A DNA stretch of 64,000 nt from a virus. Taxonomy: Duplodnaviria; Caudoviricetes. Where the stretch lies: the IMG/VR virus record IMGVR_UViG_3300037067_012588. The stretch is one strand, 5' to 3'. Below the pieces are notes generated by a model. It searched no databases, was not told the DNA's origin, and saw only the letters and a program-made list of their open reading frames with translations. The first letter of the stretch is position 1, and every line of letters starts with the position of its first letter. Below are positions 36,730 to 46,394 of the stretch, piece after piece. Both the position numbers and the translations under genes were made by a program.

Positions 36730-36751
36730 TGATAGCTCCTTTCGCCTACTT

Positions 36752-37222
36752 TCAACGACAATTCGGACATACAAAGAAACCATCGAAGTTCGTCAAAAGA
36801 TAATCAGGAAAAACCTCCCAACATTGCTCACAACAACGAGTAGAAGGACCAGTACGTTCAAACCTAACAACTTCTTTCTCTTTCAAATGAGGCATGTTTT
36901 TTTCGACATATTTGTTAATATGATAGTTGGCAACGCAAGACGTACAAAGATAAATTCCATCAATGCTCGTCAGTAGATCATGGGAGTCGACAGGTTCTCC
37001 GCACTGATCGCAAACAACAGACTCATCATTTTTCGCAGATTCAACTTCGCCAGCATCCATGTCGAGGAAAGCATCACCAGTATCCTCATCCACCCACACA
37101 CGAATCAACGGAGAGCCAGAACTCCAATTGCTGACGAGCTTCCGACCTCGGAAACTTTCTAACATTCCAATCAAATCGTCAATCGTTCTGGCTGAACTTT
37201 CAAAAGCCAACTTATCACTCAT
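36752..37222 (-). CDS. Zinc-finger hypothetical protein
   Basis: Two CxxC...CxxC pairs. Confidence 0.7.
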   Translation of the reverse strand: MSDKLAFESSARTIDDLIGMLESFRGRKLVSNWSSGSPLIRVWVDEDTGDAFLDMDAGEVESAKNDESVVCDQCGEPVDSHDLLTSIDGIYLCTSCVANYHINKYVEKNMPHLKEKEVVRFERTGPSTRCCEQCWEVFPDYLLTNFDGFFVCPNCR

Positions 37223-37262
37223 GCTGTTTCTCCTCGGTTGGTGTGTTGATTATACGCCTTCG

Positions 37263-37523
37263 TCAGTCTTCCTCGAATGTCAATTCTCCAAGAACGTCTG
37301 TCTTTGGAGGCAGACGCTCCAGCAACAGCTTTGTCGCTTTGTCAACCGTTGGAGGAACAAACTGATAAGGGTCATCGTTGAAGCCAAGCTCACCGCTCTT
37401 TATAGCCTTGGCAAATTTCTTTGTGGCTTCGTTTCTTCCTTCGTGTCTGATAAGTCGAAGGTCTTCAGTTGAGAATGTCCGCATTTGTGAAGTCGTTGGG
37501 TTGAACGGTTCTTCTTCGCTCAT
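37263..37523 (-). CDS. Hypothetical protein
   Basis: ORF with RBS. Confidence 0.6.
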   Translation of the reverse strand: MSEEEPFNPTTSQMRTFSTEDLRLIRHEGRNEATKKFAKAIKSGELGFNDDPYQFVPPTVDKATKLLLERLPPKTDVLGELTFEED

Positions 37524-37546
37524 GGCTGGATTCCTTTATAGCAAAA

Positions 37547-39115
37547 TTATTCACTGATGCATATCAAATTGGTCTTGTATTCCCAACCCCAACCATACTT
37601 CCCACACAAACCACTCATAAACACTTCCATCGTTACATTCTTCGCCTCATATTCCACAATACTGTCCGCATTCTCACTGAACCTCAACGAACCCTTCGAC
37701 GAATCAAGCATCTGAACGTTCGTCTGCCGAGATATTTCGAGGAACAAATCCTGCTGCTTGCAGTTAATCTTTATCGATACCTTCTTCTGAAGAATACTCG
37801 CCATCTGTGCATCCTTCGTGATTTTGCCCTTAATCGGCATCGGGTTCGCAACCGCTTCCAACTTCTTCGGCTCAAGAGACTTCGCTACCGCCGCTGCCTT
37901 GGCAACATCAACAACGGGCGCTTCCTTCGCAACAACCTTGGCGGCATACTTCTCAGCTTCCGCTGCGCCCTGAAGCGTAATCTCCCACTCACCAGTCTGT
38001 ACTGGAACCAGCTTGGCTGCATCACACACCTGCCAAACCAACTTCCGAACAGGAAGGCTGTCCGTTACCATTTTGACGGCAAGGCTACTGTCAACGCCCT
38101 CGCCAACTTTGACGGTTATGAAGCTCTTGTTGAAAAGGTCTTCACAAGCCGCCTGAAGCGTTCCTTCGTATTTGACTGCGGCAGTCTTGGCAAGAGCCTT
38201 GTCAAAGGTCAGGACTCTCTCGTAAGGATAGTTGTTCGGGTTTTCCTTGTCCTTCTCGGTTAGCAGGGTTCTGCCTTCACACATAACATCCATCTCGCAA
38301 AGACCATTCTTCTCCATCGCTGCAATGATGTCCTTAATCAGCATTTCCTTCTTGTTGTATTTGGCGTCAAGACAAAGGAAGGTCATTTTCTTCAAGTCGT
38401 ATCCGACAAGCTGAAGCTGCGTTTTGCCAGCCGTGACACCAACAGGGCGTCCACGAAGAAGCGTGTTCAGGATGTCAACTTGAACTCGTGCCTTATCAAT
38501 TGACGTTGCGAAGGGACTCTGCGTTGTCCCTTCTGACTTTATCGTAGGACGGGCAAGCTTGATGCACTTGGCTTGCGTATCGGCAACCGATGTCAATTGT
38601 GTCCGAAGGGATGCTTCATTCTTGACCTCAACGTTGTAATACTTGAGCAGCTCGATATAGAAGTCGGCGTTGTCTTTGGCTTCGATTCCGATGTCGATAA
38701 TCTTTTTGCTGTCGCAGACAGGTCCAAAGAGGAAGACTCGGTTCGGCTTCAAGTCGAAGGTGACTTCTTTTCCCGTTTCGAGGTCAGCGGCATAAATGCG
38801 TTTTTCTTTGCCGTCGTATTTGATTGCTTTGGCGAACTTGCCGTGCTTGCCGTCTTCGTGTTCAACGAACATGAGACGTCCGGGCTTGGTGAAAAACACC
38901 ATCGTGTAAGCGGTTCCAGTGGTTAAATCACCCTCATAGGTTCTTTTGAAGTCATTGTCGGAGTTTAATGTGCAGTATTTTTCCGATGTGATTTTGACAA
39001 CAAATGCACCATCTCCACCCTTTCGTTGGGCTCTCCCATCAGTCGCAAAAATCTCATCAGCCACGGCGTTTGTGGCAAGAAGGGAAAGAATCATCGCAAG
39101 AAGTGTGTTTTTCAT
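37547..39115 (-). CDS. Secreted multidomain hypothetical protein
   Basis: Signal peptide MKNTLLAMILSLLATNAVA; two C-terminal segments loosely STN-like. Confidence 0.75.
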   Translation of the reverse strand: MKNTLLAMILSLLATNAVADEIFATDGRAQRKGGDGAFVVKITSEKYCTLNSDNDFKRTYEGDLTTGTAYTMVFFTKPGRLMFVEHEDGKHGKFAKAIKYDGKEKRIYAADLETGKEVTFDLKPNRVFLFGPVCDSKKIIDIGIEAKDNADFYIELLKYYNVEVKNEASLRTQLTSVADTQAKCIKLARPTIKSEGTTQSPFATSIDKARVQVDILNTLLRGRPVGVTAGKTQLQLVGYDLKKMTFLCLDAKYNKKEMLIKDIIAAMEKNGLCEMDVMCEGRTLLTEKDKENPNNYPYERVLTFDKALAKTAAVKYEGTLQAACEDLFNKSFITVKVGEGVDSSLAVKMVTDSLPVRKLVWQVCDAAKLVPVQTGEWEITLQGAAEAEKYAAKVVAKEAPVVDVAKAAAVAKSLEPKKLEAVANPMPIKGKITKDAQMASILQKKVSIKINCKQQDLFLEISRQTNVQMLDSSKGSLRFSENADSIVEYEAKNVTMEVFMSGLCGKYGWGWEYKTNLICISE

Positions 39116-39167
39116 CTCTGGGGTCTCCTTTTTCAGCATCATTGTGGCAAAAAACACTTTTTGCCTA

Positions 39168-39204
39168 AAGGAACATCGTCCCAGAGATGAAAAACTTGGC
39201 GAAA
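39168..39204 (-). promoter_or_regulatory. Repeated GACGATG promoter-like motif (variant)
   Basis: Core 39174-39180. Confidence 0.55.
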
Positions 39205-39205
39205 A

Positions 39206-39649
39206 TCACTTCTTTTTGTCAACTTTTTCTTCAAAAGCCTTAAACGCTTCGTCAATCTGGGAGGAATTCTTGTATTCAGCACGAATATCATCGCCCAATT
39301 GGTCAAGAGACTTGCCAGATTTCATGCGCAAAAACTTCTGAACCAAATTGTCAGACACTACCCGAAGCTGACAAACAGGACACAGTTCTGTCGGAATAAT
39401 ATCTTCTTCGCCATCGTCGTCGTCATCATCCTCGTCAGGCTCTTTGTCTTCATCGCCCTTGACGCCAGCTTCGATTATCGCCTTGTCCTTCTTGGAAAGA
39501 CAGCCATAATGAAAACAATGCCCTTTCGAACACTCCGTCATGTCGACATCGGAATAGGACAAATCCCAACCAGACTCAATCCCACCACAGATATCGCAGA
39601 CAAACGAGGACGAACTGCTGTTGCTGACAAAACCTTTTCTGAGCTTCAT
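39206..39649 (-). CDS. GFVSNSS-motif protein 1 (Cys/His zinc-binding)
   Basis: MKLRKGFVSNSSSSSFVCDIC...CSKGHCFH...CPVC. Confidence 0.85.
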   Translation of the reverse strand: MKLRKGFVSNSSSSSFVCDICGGIESGWDLSYSDVDMTECSKGHCFHYGCLSKKDKAIIEAGVKGDEDKEPDEDDDDDDGEEDIIPTELCPVCQLRVVSDNLVQKFLRMKSGKSLDQLGDDIRAEYKNSSQIDEAFKAFEEKVDKKK

Positions 39650-39670
39650 TTGAATTCCCTTCTTGAAAAC

Positions 39671-40117
39671 TTATTTTTCCGTAACCACACCATACGCCTT
39701 GTTGAGTTCATCATAGTTCTTGTAGTTCGCCAAAATTTCTGCCTCGACAACCTTCACCGATTTTCCAGTAACGACATGGAGGTGCATCTTAACCATTTCA
39801 TCGGTGACGACATGAAGTTGACACACGGGACAAAACACGGCAGGAACCTCGCCATATTCGCAGTCGGCGAAAATCTTTTCAATCTCAGGGTTCGGCTCTG
39901 AATCATCTTCGTGTTTGCGAAGTTTTTCTTCGGCTTCTTCAAAAACCATCATATCTTTCTGAGGAACACATGACTTGTGAAAGCAATGTCCCCTCTTGCA
40001 CTCAACCATCTCGAAATCTCTCAAGCACATGTCTCGACCAGCTTCAACCGTGCCACAGATATCGCAAACGAAAGATGACGTTGAGCTATTTGATACGAAT
40101 CCTTTCCTGATCTTCAT
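39671..40117 (-). CDS. GFVSNSS-motif protein 2 (close paralog of protein 1)
   Basis: MKIRKGFVSNSSTSSFVCDIC...CKRGHCFH...CPVC. Confidence 0.85.
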   Translation of the reverse strand: MKIRKGFVSNSSTSSFVCDICGTVEAGRDMCLRDFEMVECKRGHCFHKSCVPQKDMMVFEEAEEKLRKHEDDSEPNPEIEKIFADCEYGEVPAVFCPVCQLHVVTDEMVKMHLHVVTGKSVKVVEAEILANYKNYDELNKAYGVVTEK

Positions 40118-40323
40118 TTCCTGAACTCCTTTTGTTGAGAAATAATATGCTCCATCCTGTATGGGCAATTTTCTGGAATCATCGAAACATCGGCACGAAC
40201 ATCAATGACGAAATCTCGATTTTGAATTTTGCAAACAATGACGGCAAAATGTTCTTTTTCAAACATGAACACTTCGTGTCCGACAAAGTATTTACAAACC
40301 TTGCAGATTGAAAACAGTATCAC
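40114..40323 (-). CDS. Small Cys-rich protein (CxxC...PxxC..MEH family)
   Basis: ICKVC...IPENCPYRMEHIIS. Confidence 0.7.
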   Translation of the reverse strand: MILFSICKVCKYFVGHEVFMFEKEHFAVIVCKIQNRDFVIDVRADVSMIPENCPYRMEHIISQQKEFRK

Positions 40324-40853
40324 GAGGCATATGTCCCACCGATAATCTTTGGTTTGACATCCTTGGCAATACCAAAGGCCTTACGAATCCTTTCAACCTT
40401 CTTGGCGACATCCTCGAAGTCAAAATCTTCTGAGCCAATACATCCTTCAGAAATATGTATTGGACTAAAACCAACAACAAATTTCCCATCAACAGGACTA
40501 CTCTCGCCCCAATGAAAGCTCAAATCAGGAAATCCTTCCATAACACTTTCGTGAATCTCCATACGAAGGTCATTGATTTTCTCTTTCGTTTTTGATTCGA
40601 TCCACATTGGCTTCCCACATACTGGGCAAAAATTGGTATCCATCTCAGCATGTTCACAACCACGAGACTTTTCTGGCTCGCCAAGAAGGAGTTTGTACTC
40701 ACTGATCTTCTTTTTGGTGTTAAAGTGTGTACGCTCACCAAACTCTTCAACAAGAGCAATGTCATCAATGGAGTCACATGAGTCGACAAGAAAACCAATA
40801 ACCACAAAGCTCGATGTTGAACTATTGCTGACAAAACCATCACGTATCTTCAT
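40320..40853 (-). CDS. GFVSNSS-motif protein 3
   Basis: MKIRDGFVSNSSTSSFVV; internal FCPVCG. Confidence 0.85.
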   Translation of the reverse strand: MKIRDGFVSNSSTSSFVVIGFLVDSCDSIDDIALVEEFGERTHFNTKKKISEYKLLLGEPEKSRGCEHAEMDTNFCPVCGKPMWIESKTKEKINDLRMEIHESVMEGFPDLSFHWGESSPVDGKFVVGFSPIHISEGCIGSEDFDFEDVAKKVERIRKAFGIAKDVKPKIIGGTYAS

Positions 40854-41128
40854 TCTATCACCTCGATTTTCTCTTCAAGAACACCAACCATATCTGTCAA
40901 CCAAGCGTGCATGTCAAAATTATCCATCCATGTCGACAGATGCCAAAAATCTTTCTTCTGATCAACAGTCCACTCGTCTTCGATGGAGTTGGTAATCCCC
41001 CACGATTTCTCTTGAGCCAAACGGAAATGATCGACAATCATTTCTTTTTGGTCACACGACAGCCCACGAACATCGACAATGAACGATGAAGAGGAACTAT
41101 TGGATACAAACCCCTGACGTGTTTTCAT
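40850..41128 (-). CDS. GFVSNSS-motif protein 4
   Basis: MKTRQGFVSNSSSSSFIV. Confidence 0.85.
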   Translation of the reverse strand: MKTRQGFVSNSSSSSFIVDVRGLSCDQKEMIVDHFRLAQEKSWGITNSIEDEWTVDQKKDFWHLSTWMDNFDMHAWLTDMVGVLEEKIEVIE

Positions 41129-41538
41129 AATTTCCCCCACATGGATGTAATAAATAAATCATCGCACTTGATAATCGTTTCACATTCTTCACCAGCATCC
41201 CGAAGCATAGGACCGAAGTCGTCATCATCAGAAGACGCTTCGAGCATATAGACAAAGGGAAGCCTCCCCGTAATCTCGTCGAACTTCTTTTTCTGCGCTT
41301 CACACGAGCCAGGTTCTTCGTATTCCCTATCACCGAACATTCTCTCAGCGATGTCTTCGAAGCTCTTTGTTTTCTTGTTGCCAATGATGAATTTTGCAAG
41401 GCTGGACAATATGTACTCTGCAGGATGTCCATCTGTATTAAGGCACTTGTTGATAAAGTCAATAGTCAGCTCTTCTCGACTGAAAACAACAAAACTCGAA
41501 GAGGAACTGTTGGATACGAACCCATGTCTCGTCTTCAT
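41125..41538 (-). CDS. GFVSNSS-motif protein 5
   Basis: MKTRHGFVSNSSSSSFVV. Confidence 0.85.
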   Translation of the reverse strand: MKTRHGFVSNSSSSSFVVFSREELTIDFINKCLNTDGHPAEYILSSLAKFIIGNKKTKSFEDIAERMFGDREYEEPGSCEAQKKKFDEITGRLPFVYMLEASSDDDDFGPMLRDAGEECETIIKCDDLFITSMWGKL

Positions 41539-41948
41539 GACATTCTCTTTCCTGAACGAATAACAGCTTCTGCGCTCTCTGGCAAACCAAGAACTTTGCG
41601 AATTTCCTCGGTAATCCTGATTGCCTCTGTCAAAGATGTTTTGCTTGAAAGAACACCTTCGTCAGACTCTTCATCCAAGATGAGATAACCAACAACGGTG
41701 AAACCTCTCTTAACAGCATACCCGTCTTCGCAGTCGCAATAAATGAAATCGTTTTCGTTTTCATTGTTGGCGTCATAGAGCATTTCCCTGCGGGCATCTT
41801 TATCTGCCTGCAAGAACGCATCCTTGTCAATATCTGGAAACAAATCAACAACCTTACTCATGTCGATTTGTTTCGTCGGGATATCAAACCCAACAAGAAT
41901 AAAACTTGATGAAGAGCTGTTACTGACAAATCCATTACGTCTTTTCAT
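41535..41948 (-). CDS. GFVSNSS-motif protein 6
   Basis: MKRRNGFVSNSSSSSFIL. Confidence 0.85.
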   Translation of the reverse strand: MKRRNGFVSNSSSSSFILVGFDIPTKQIDMSKVVDLFPDIDKDAFLQADKDARREMLYDANNENENDFIYCDCEDGYAVKRGFTVVGYLILDEESDEGVLSSKTSLTEAIRITEEIRKVLGLPESAEAVIRSGKRMS

Positions 41949-41949
41949 G

Positions 41950-42375
41950 TTAACACACTCCTAAGAAAATAGTTTTCATTTCAGGTCGTGAAAAAACAAA
42001 CTCTTCTGGATGCTGATGCATCGCCTGACTCACGGCTTCGAATCCGTAGTCCTCGGCATCAGAACCGACTTCCAACATATAGAGATATGGAAACTCTTCT
42101 TTAAGAGCAACAACCTCACACGGAGGATTTTTTCCAAAGTTTTCAAGAACCCAATTCTCCCATGCACTCGCCTCCATAATTCCATCGACACATGGAAACG
42201 TGACTCGTTTAGCAGCCTTTTCGATAAAGACAGACCACGCACGAACAAACATCATGGCGACATCATTATCGTTCTCAAAGCAATCTATAATGTTCTCATT
42301 CGACAATGGCTGCTTCATCCCGATGATAAAGCTTGATGACGAACTATTGCTTACGAACCCCTGACGGGTTTTCAT
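41950..42375 (-). CDS. GFVSNSS-motif protein 7
   Basis: MKTRQGFVSNSSSSSFII. Confidence 0.85.
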   Translation of the reverse strand: MKTRQGFVSNSSSSSFIIGMKQPLSNENIIDCFENDNDVAMMFVRAWSVFIEKAAKRVTFPCVDGIMEASAWENWVLENFGKNPPCEVVALKEEFPYLYMLEVGSDAEDYGFEAVSQAMHQHPEEFVFSRPEMKTIFLGVC

Positions 42376-42493
42376 CTTTCTTCTCCTGCTGTTTTCGGTA
42401 ACAATCGGGACAAATAATCACCGCCCGAATAGAAAATCCTTCAGGGACAGGTGAAGATACAGGTTTTCCACACAACGTACACTTCAGACGCAT
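42344..42493 (-). CDS. Small zinc-finger peptide (49 aa; not in the ORF track)
   Basis: Manual translation MRLKCTLCGKPVSSPVPEGFSIRAVIICPDCYRKQQ... fills the gap between two motif genes. Confidence 0.55.
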   Translation of the reverse strand: MRLKCTLCGKPVSSPVPEGFSIRAVIICPDCYRKQQEKKDENPSGVRKQ

Positions 42494-42502
42494 TGTGTTT
42501 CC

Positions 42503-42889
42503 TTACTCGTTAGAAGCTTCTCCATAGAGAAGATTAATCTTGTTGACAGGAACATCAACTCCAAGTTGCTTGAACTTGTTGCAAACAATCTCACGGGCAT
42601 CTGCTAAGGAATGTTTCTCAAGAATGCCCTTGGCTTCGAACCCACAATAAGACAATTCCATTGATTCGATTGCTTCATCGAGAGTGTTATTTTCGTATGA
42701 TGGATTACCAACAAAGGTAATTCCATCAACTTCTCCAACTCCAGAACTAAATACATCCTCAATTCCAGAAATACTCATCTGGCTTTTCTCAACAACTGCT
42801 CGGAATACTTTTTTTGCAAATCCGCTCGTCCCAACAATACAAAAACTCGTCGACGAACTGTTGCTGACAAAGCCGTTGCGTGTTTTCAT
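42503..42889 (-). CDS. GFVSNSS-motif protein 8
   Basis: MKTRNGFVSNSSSTSFCI. Confidence 0.85.
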   Translation of the reverse strand: MKTRNGFVSNSSSTSFCIVGTSGFAKKVFRAVVEKSQMSISGIEDVFSSGVGEVDGITFVGNPSYENNTLDEAIESMELSYCGFEAKGILEKHSLADAREIVCNKFKQLGVDVPVNKINLLYGEASNE

Positions 42890-42910
42890 GATACTTTCCT
42901 TTTTGACAAA

Positions 42911-43372
42911 TCAGTGATGACTAACCACAATGTTTGGAACATTATGGAAAATGTCTCCGTGCTCCAACATGCCATAATAATCCCCGTCTTCATCGCTGAA
43001 CATGAAAAAACAGATGTCCGAATCAGGATTTCCTCTGACGAAATCCATTACCGTTTCCTTTTCATATTTCCAACGAGGCTCATTCTCGTTATACTCAGAG
43101 TCAACAATAACACCCCCAACATCCTTGCCGCAATGCGGACAAGTGCATTTGATCTGAACAATTGCCGAATCATCTTCTGAGGAAATATTTCTGTGGAGAG
43201 TATCAAGGACCTCATCGACAGAATACTTCCCGACAAATTCATCTTTGTCAAACAACAACTTCTTCAGGCGAGCCTTCATTTTTTCTTTCGGAAGCTTCAC
43301 GGTCCCCTTGGGAAATGCAACGATAAAGCTTGACGAAGAGCTGTTGGATACAAATCCATTACGATGTTTCAT
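42911..43372 (-). CDS. GFVSNSS-motif protein 9
   Basis: MKHRNGFVSNSSSSSFIV; internal CPHCG. Confidence 0.85.
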   Translation of the reverse strand: MKHRNGFVSNSSSSSFIVAFPKGTVKLPKEKMKARLKKLLFDKDEFVGKYSVDEVLDTLHRNISSEDDSAIVQIKCTCPHCGKDVGGVIVDSEYNENEPRWKYEKETVMDFVRGNPDSDICFFMFSDEDGDYYGMLEHGDIFHNVPNIVVSHH

Positions 43373-43384
43373 ATACACTTCCTT

Positions 43385-44332
43385 TCACAACTGATTCATT
43401 ATACCCACGGTGTTATTAAAATCACACTTGAAATCCATGCAAAAATCACAACAGAGAGAATCCTTCGACGAGTTGTGTTCCTGAAACCAAGCACGACGGC
43501 TTTCCATCATCGAGTCGTCAACCTCGCCTATCGCAGCGCCTCCCTCACGAAGATACACAGCACAAGGATAGTGCTTTGTGCCCTTTATTGTGACATCGTC
43601 AAGGCTTAAGAAACAACGATTGCAGTCAGACGCCTCCAATCCACGCATACCCCTGCCGTTTGCGAACCTTGACGCCCTATAGCGAAGAATTCGATGCTTT
43701 CCAAACAAGTCTTCAACCCCAGACAGGTCAACCTTCGAAACATCGTTCTGGCTTGCCGTTCCAACCTTGATATCAGAAACACCAAGCTCGGAAATAAACC
43801 GAACAATCTTCGATGCCTCAGACATGTTCTTTTCGTCAAACACCGTTCCAATCTGGATATCTGAACGACAAGAAGCCAAAAACCGAATACAGCGGACAAC
43901 GTTGTCAAAATCCTGCTGCCTTTCACTCTCAACAGCGGTATCGAGAGAGATTGCAAACGAACGACATCCAGCCTGTACGATTTTTTCATAAAGGTCCAAA
44001 TCTGCCGAGCCATTCGTTGACATTCGAACAACAGGAATTCTCCATGCGGCATAAGACACAATATCGATAATATCCTGTCTTGTCATCGGTTCGCCACCAG
44101 TGATATGGTAATAGCGACACCCAAGACTTGCAACCTTATCAATGATTCGACAAATGCCTTCAAGTGACTGATCGTCATCCGAACAAAGGCAATTGCAATA
44201 CGAGCAACTGAAGTTACATTTTGCCGTAACAACATGCTCGCAGTATGTCAGCTTGTCAGACGAACCACAAGAAAGGCGATTCGCTCTTTCCAATGAGATT
44301 CCGTGGAATCCAAAATCGTCTAACCTTGTCAT
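43385..44332 (-). CDS. Radical SAM protein with C-terminal Cys cluster
   Basis: CNFSCSYC, ITGGEP, STNG, ISLD; C-terminal CFL...YPC...CCDFCMDFKC. Confidence 0.9.
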   Translation of the reverse strand: MTRLDDFGFHGISLERANRLSCGSSDKLTYCEHVVTAKCNFSCSYCNCLCSDDDQSLEGICRIIDKVASLGCRYYHITGGEPMTRQDIIDIVSYAAWRIPVVRMSTNGSADLDLYEKIVQAGCRSFAISLDTAVESERQQDFDNVVRCIRFLASCRSDIQIGTVFDEKNMSEASKIVRFISELGVSDIKVGTASQNDVSKVDLSGVEDLFGKHRILRYRASRFANGRGMRGLEASDCNRCFLSLDDVTIKGTKHYPCAVYLREGGAAIGEVDDSMMESRRAWFQEHNSSKDSLCCDFCMDFKCDFNNTVGIMNQL

Positions 44333-45127
44333 TTTGAAGCCTCACGTTCTGCGGACACAAACACCACACCGAGACAAATCTTCCTTGATTCCCGAACAGG
44401 TATAGCCCATGAAGTGAACCATACTCGCAACCAACACGGCGTCAGCATTGCCATCTACCAATACCCTTGCAAGATGCTGCGTCAAACCAGCTCCTCCAGA
44501 TGCTATTACTGGAATACAGACAGCATCTGAAACACACCTTGTCGCCTCAATGTCATACCCACATTTCGTTCCATCGGCATCGATAGAGTTAAGACAGATT
44601 TCACCAGCTCCCAAGCCTTCCACCTTTCGTGCCCAATCGAGCATGTCGAGTCCTGATGGAAGCAGACCACCGTTTGTCACAACCTCATACCCACTTGGAA
44701 ACTTCGAACAAACACTTCGCCGCACGTCCATCCCAACCACAATACATTGGCTTCCAAACGCCTTTGCTCCATCGGCGATGATTTCTGGTGTCCTGACAGC
44801 GATGGAATTTACCGACACCTTATCTGCACCAGCCAGTAATACCCTTCGCATGTCCTCAACACAACCTATTCCACCACCAACACAAAACGGAACAAAGACT
44901 TTCCTCGCCACTTCCTCCACCATGCCAATATCTATGGGGCGACCTTCCGATGATGCCGAGATGTCGTAAAACACCAACTCGTCAACATCGTCAGCGTAAT
45001 ACGCAGCCGCCATCTCGACAGGGTCTCCGATTTCAACGTTCTCCCGAAACTTGACTCCCTTAGTGACCCTTCTGTTTTTGACGTCAAGACAAACAATCAA
45101 GCGTTTTGACAGCATTTTGAAGCCTCA
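44330..45127. repeat. Exact 15-bp direct repeat flanking hisF
   Basis: CATTTTGAAGCCTCA at 44330-44344 and 45113-45127. Confidence 0.8.
44342..45115 (-). CDS. hisF: Imidazole glycerol phosphate synthase cyclase subunit HisF
   Basis: RLIVCLDVK, GDPVEMA, DELVFYDI, VGGGI, GADKVSVNS, GAGEICLNSIDADGT, PVIASGGAG. Confidence 0.93.
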   Translation of the reverse strand: MLSKRLIVCLDVKNRRVTKGVKFRENVEIGDPVEMAAAYYADDVDELVFYDISASSEGRPIDIGMVEEVARKVFVPFCVGGGIGCVEDMRRVLLAGADKVSVNSIAVRTPEIIADGAKAFGSQCIVVGMDVRRSVCSKFPSGYEVVTNGGLLPSGLDMLDWARKVEGLGAGEICLNSIDADGTKCGYDIEATRCVSDAVCIPVIASGGAGLTQHLARVLVDGNADAVLVASMVHFMGYTCSGIKEDLSRCGVCVRRT

Positions 45128-46135
45128 TTTCAGTGCCGCACGGATACTCTCAAAGAGCTGTTTCGCCAGAAGCGAAGGGATACCGCCGCCGCAGCACGCA
45201 TACTGTTTCTGAAGAGGGATATCATCATCAAAAACAAAGCTGTCTGGTGCTGTTTGGATTCGCAAGCTCTCCCGAATAGTGAAGCGACGATTCCCATACA
45301 ACTGAACACTGTGCTTCCCCATGACATGCGACATCACCGTGAAAGCAGGTTCTTCAGGGTCAACCTTTCGCAGATACGTTGTCTTGCCGCCCGGCGAAGA
45401 AAAAGCGTTCTTCATGAATGCCTTCTGGTCTGCAAGCGGAAGGTCTTTCCAATTCCCACCGTCAGGAACCTTGTGGGCAAACGGCTTCTCATCGTTCCGC
45501 AGGTCAAACCCATAGTGGTTGTTGACACCATCAGGAACAGGCGACAAGCCAACCAGTGCTTCTCGGACGCAAACCTTCTGCGCTGCCTTTGCTGGCCACT
45601 GGAAGCCTTTGTCCAAGTTTGGCTTTATCCCGATGATAATCACTCGCTCTCTCTTCTGAGGAACGCCATAATCCGCAGCGTTCAAAAGTCCAGAATAGAT
45701 GTTGTAACCGAACCCTCCAAGTTTTTTCTTCAAGTCGTTGAAGAACTCAGCGTGTGACTTTGAAGCCAAGCCCTTCACGTTTTCAAGAAGAAAGAACTTC
45801 GGCTCTTTTTGCCTGATGATTTCCAAGGCGACATAGCCGAGCGTTCCGTATCGAGAGTCATTTACCCCGAGTCGCTTGCCGCTTGTCGAAAAAGAATTGC
45901 AGGGGAACCCAGCCATGACACCGTCTGTAAACGGCAAGTCTTTCGCTACATCGAGCTTCTTCGCATCCAGCACATGAGCGACAGGATGAACGTTCTTGTT
46001 GAACACACGAACCGACACAAGGTCGTTGTCAAACGCAAAAACTGTCTGAAAACCAGCAGCCTTTGCACCAAAAGCACCAATGCCAGCCCCGCAGAAACAA
46101 TCAAGAACCGTCAACATTTTCATCACCATCTCCAA
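45125..46135 (-). CDS. C5 cytosine DNA methyltransferase
   Basis: FCGAG, GFPC, ENVKGL, PQKRERV, RRFTIRE. Confidence 0.93.
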   Translation of the reverse strand: MEMVMKMLTVLDCFCGAGIGAFGAKAAGFQTVFAFDNDLVSVRVFNKNVHPVAHVLDAKKLDVAKDLPFTDGVMAGFPCNSFSTSGKRLGVNDSRYGTLGYVALEIIRQKEPKFFLLENVKGLASKSHAEFFNDLKKKLGGFGYNIYSGLLNAADYGVPQKRERVIIIGIKPNLDKGFQWPAKAAQKVCVREALVGLSPVPDGVNNHYGFDLRNDEKPFAHKVPDGGNWKDLPLADQKAFMKNAFSSPGGKTTYLRKVDPEEPAFTVMSHVMGKHSVQLYGNRRFTIRESLRIQTAPDSFVFDDDIPLQKQYACCGGGIPSLLAKQLFESIRAALK

Positions 46136-46324
46136 TTATAACCTACCCCATGTCGAGTAGTCCGCTTCTGTGCGAGGTCCTTCATCGTCGTGCGGAAAAT
46201 CAACCTTGTCACTCAACCTATCCTTGTGTTCGTTGCAGGCAAAGTAAACCATGTTGAACGTGTGGCATTTCCACTTTGCTCTTTTTCCACATGAACACTT
46301 TGCCTTACCACTATACTTTTCCAT
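46136..46324 (-). CDS. Small Cys/His protein
   Basis: CSC...ACNEH. Confidence 0.6.
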   Translation of the reverse strand: MEKYSGKAKCSCGKRAKWKCHTFNMVYFACNEHKDRLSDKVDFPHDDEGPRTEADYSTWGRL

Positions 46325-46394
46325 CCTTCCTGCTACTCCTCTTTGATAACAACGAACAGTCTAAATGACCCTTTGCGCCTCAGAAAGAACAACG

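Noticed and set aside
39206-43372. Motif array as a DNA tandem repeat or DGR variable/template repeats
   Set aside because: Conservation is at the protein level with heavy synonymous divergence; no adenine-specific pattern and no reverse transcriptase seen
44342-45115. Host histidine operon or bacterial chromosome origin of the window
   Set aside because: hisF is isolated among phage-type hypothetical genes; single-strand coding, many short unknown ORFs and repeated private promoters indicate a large phage
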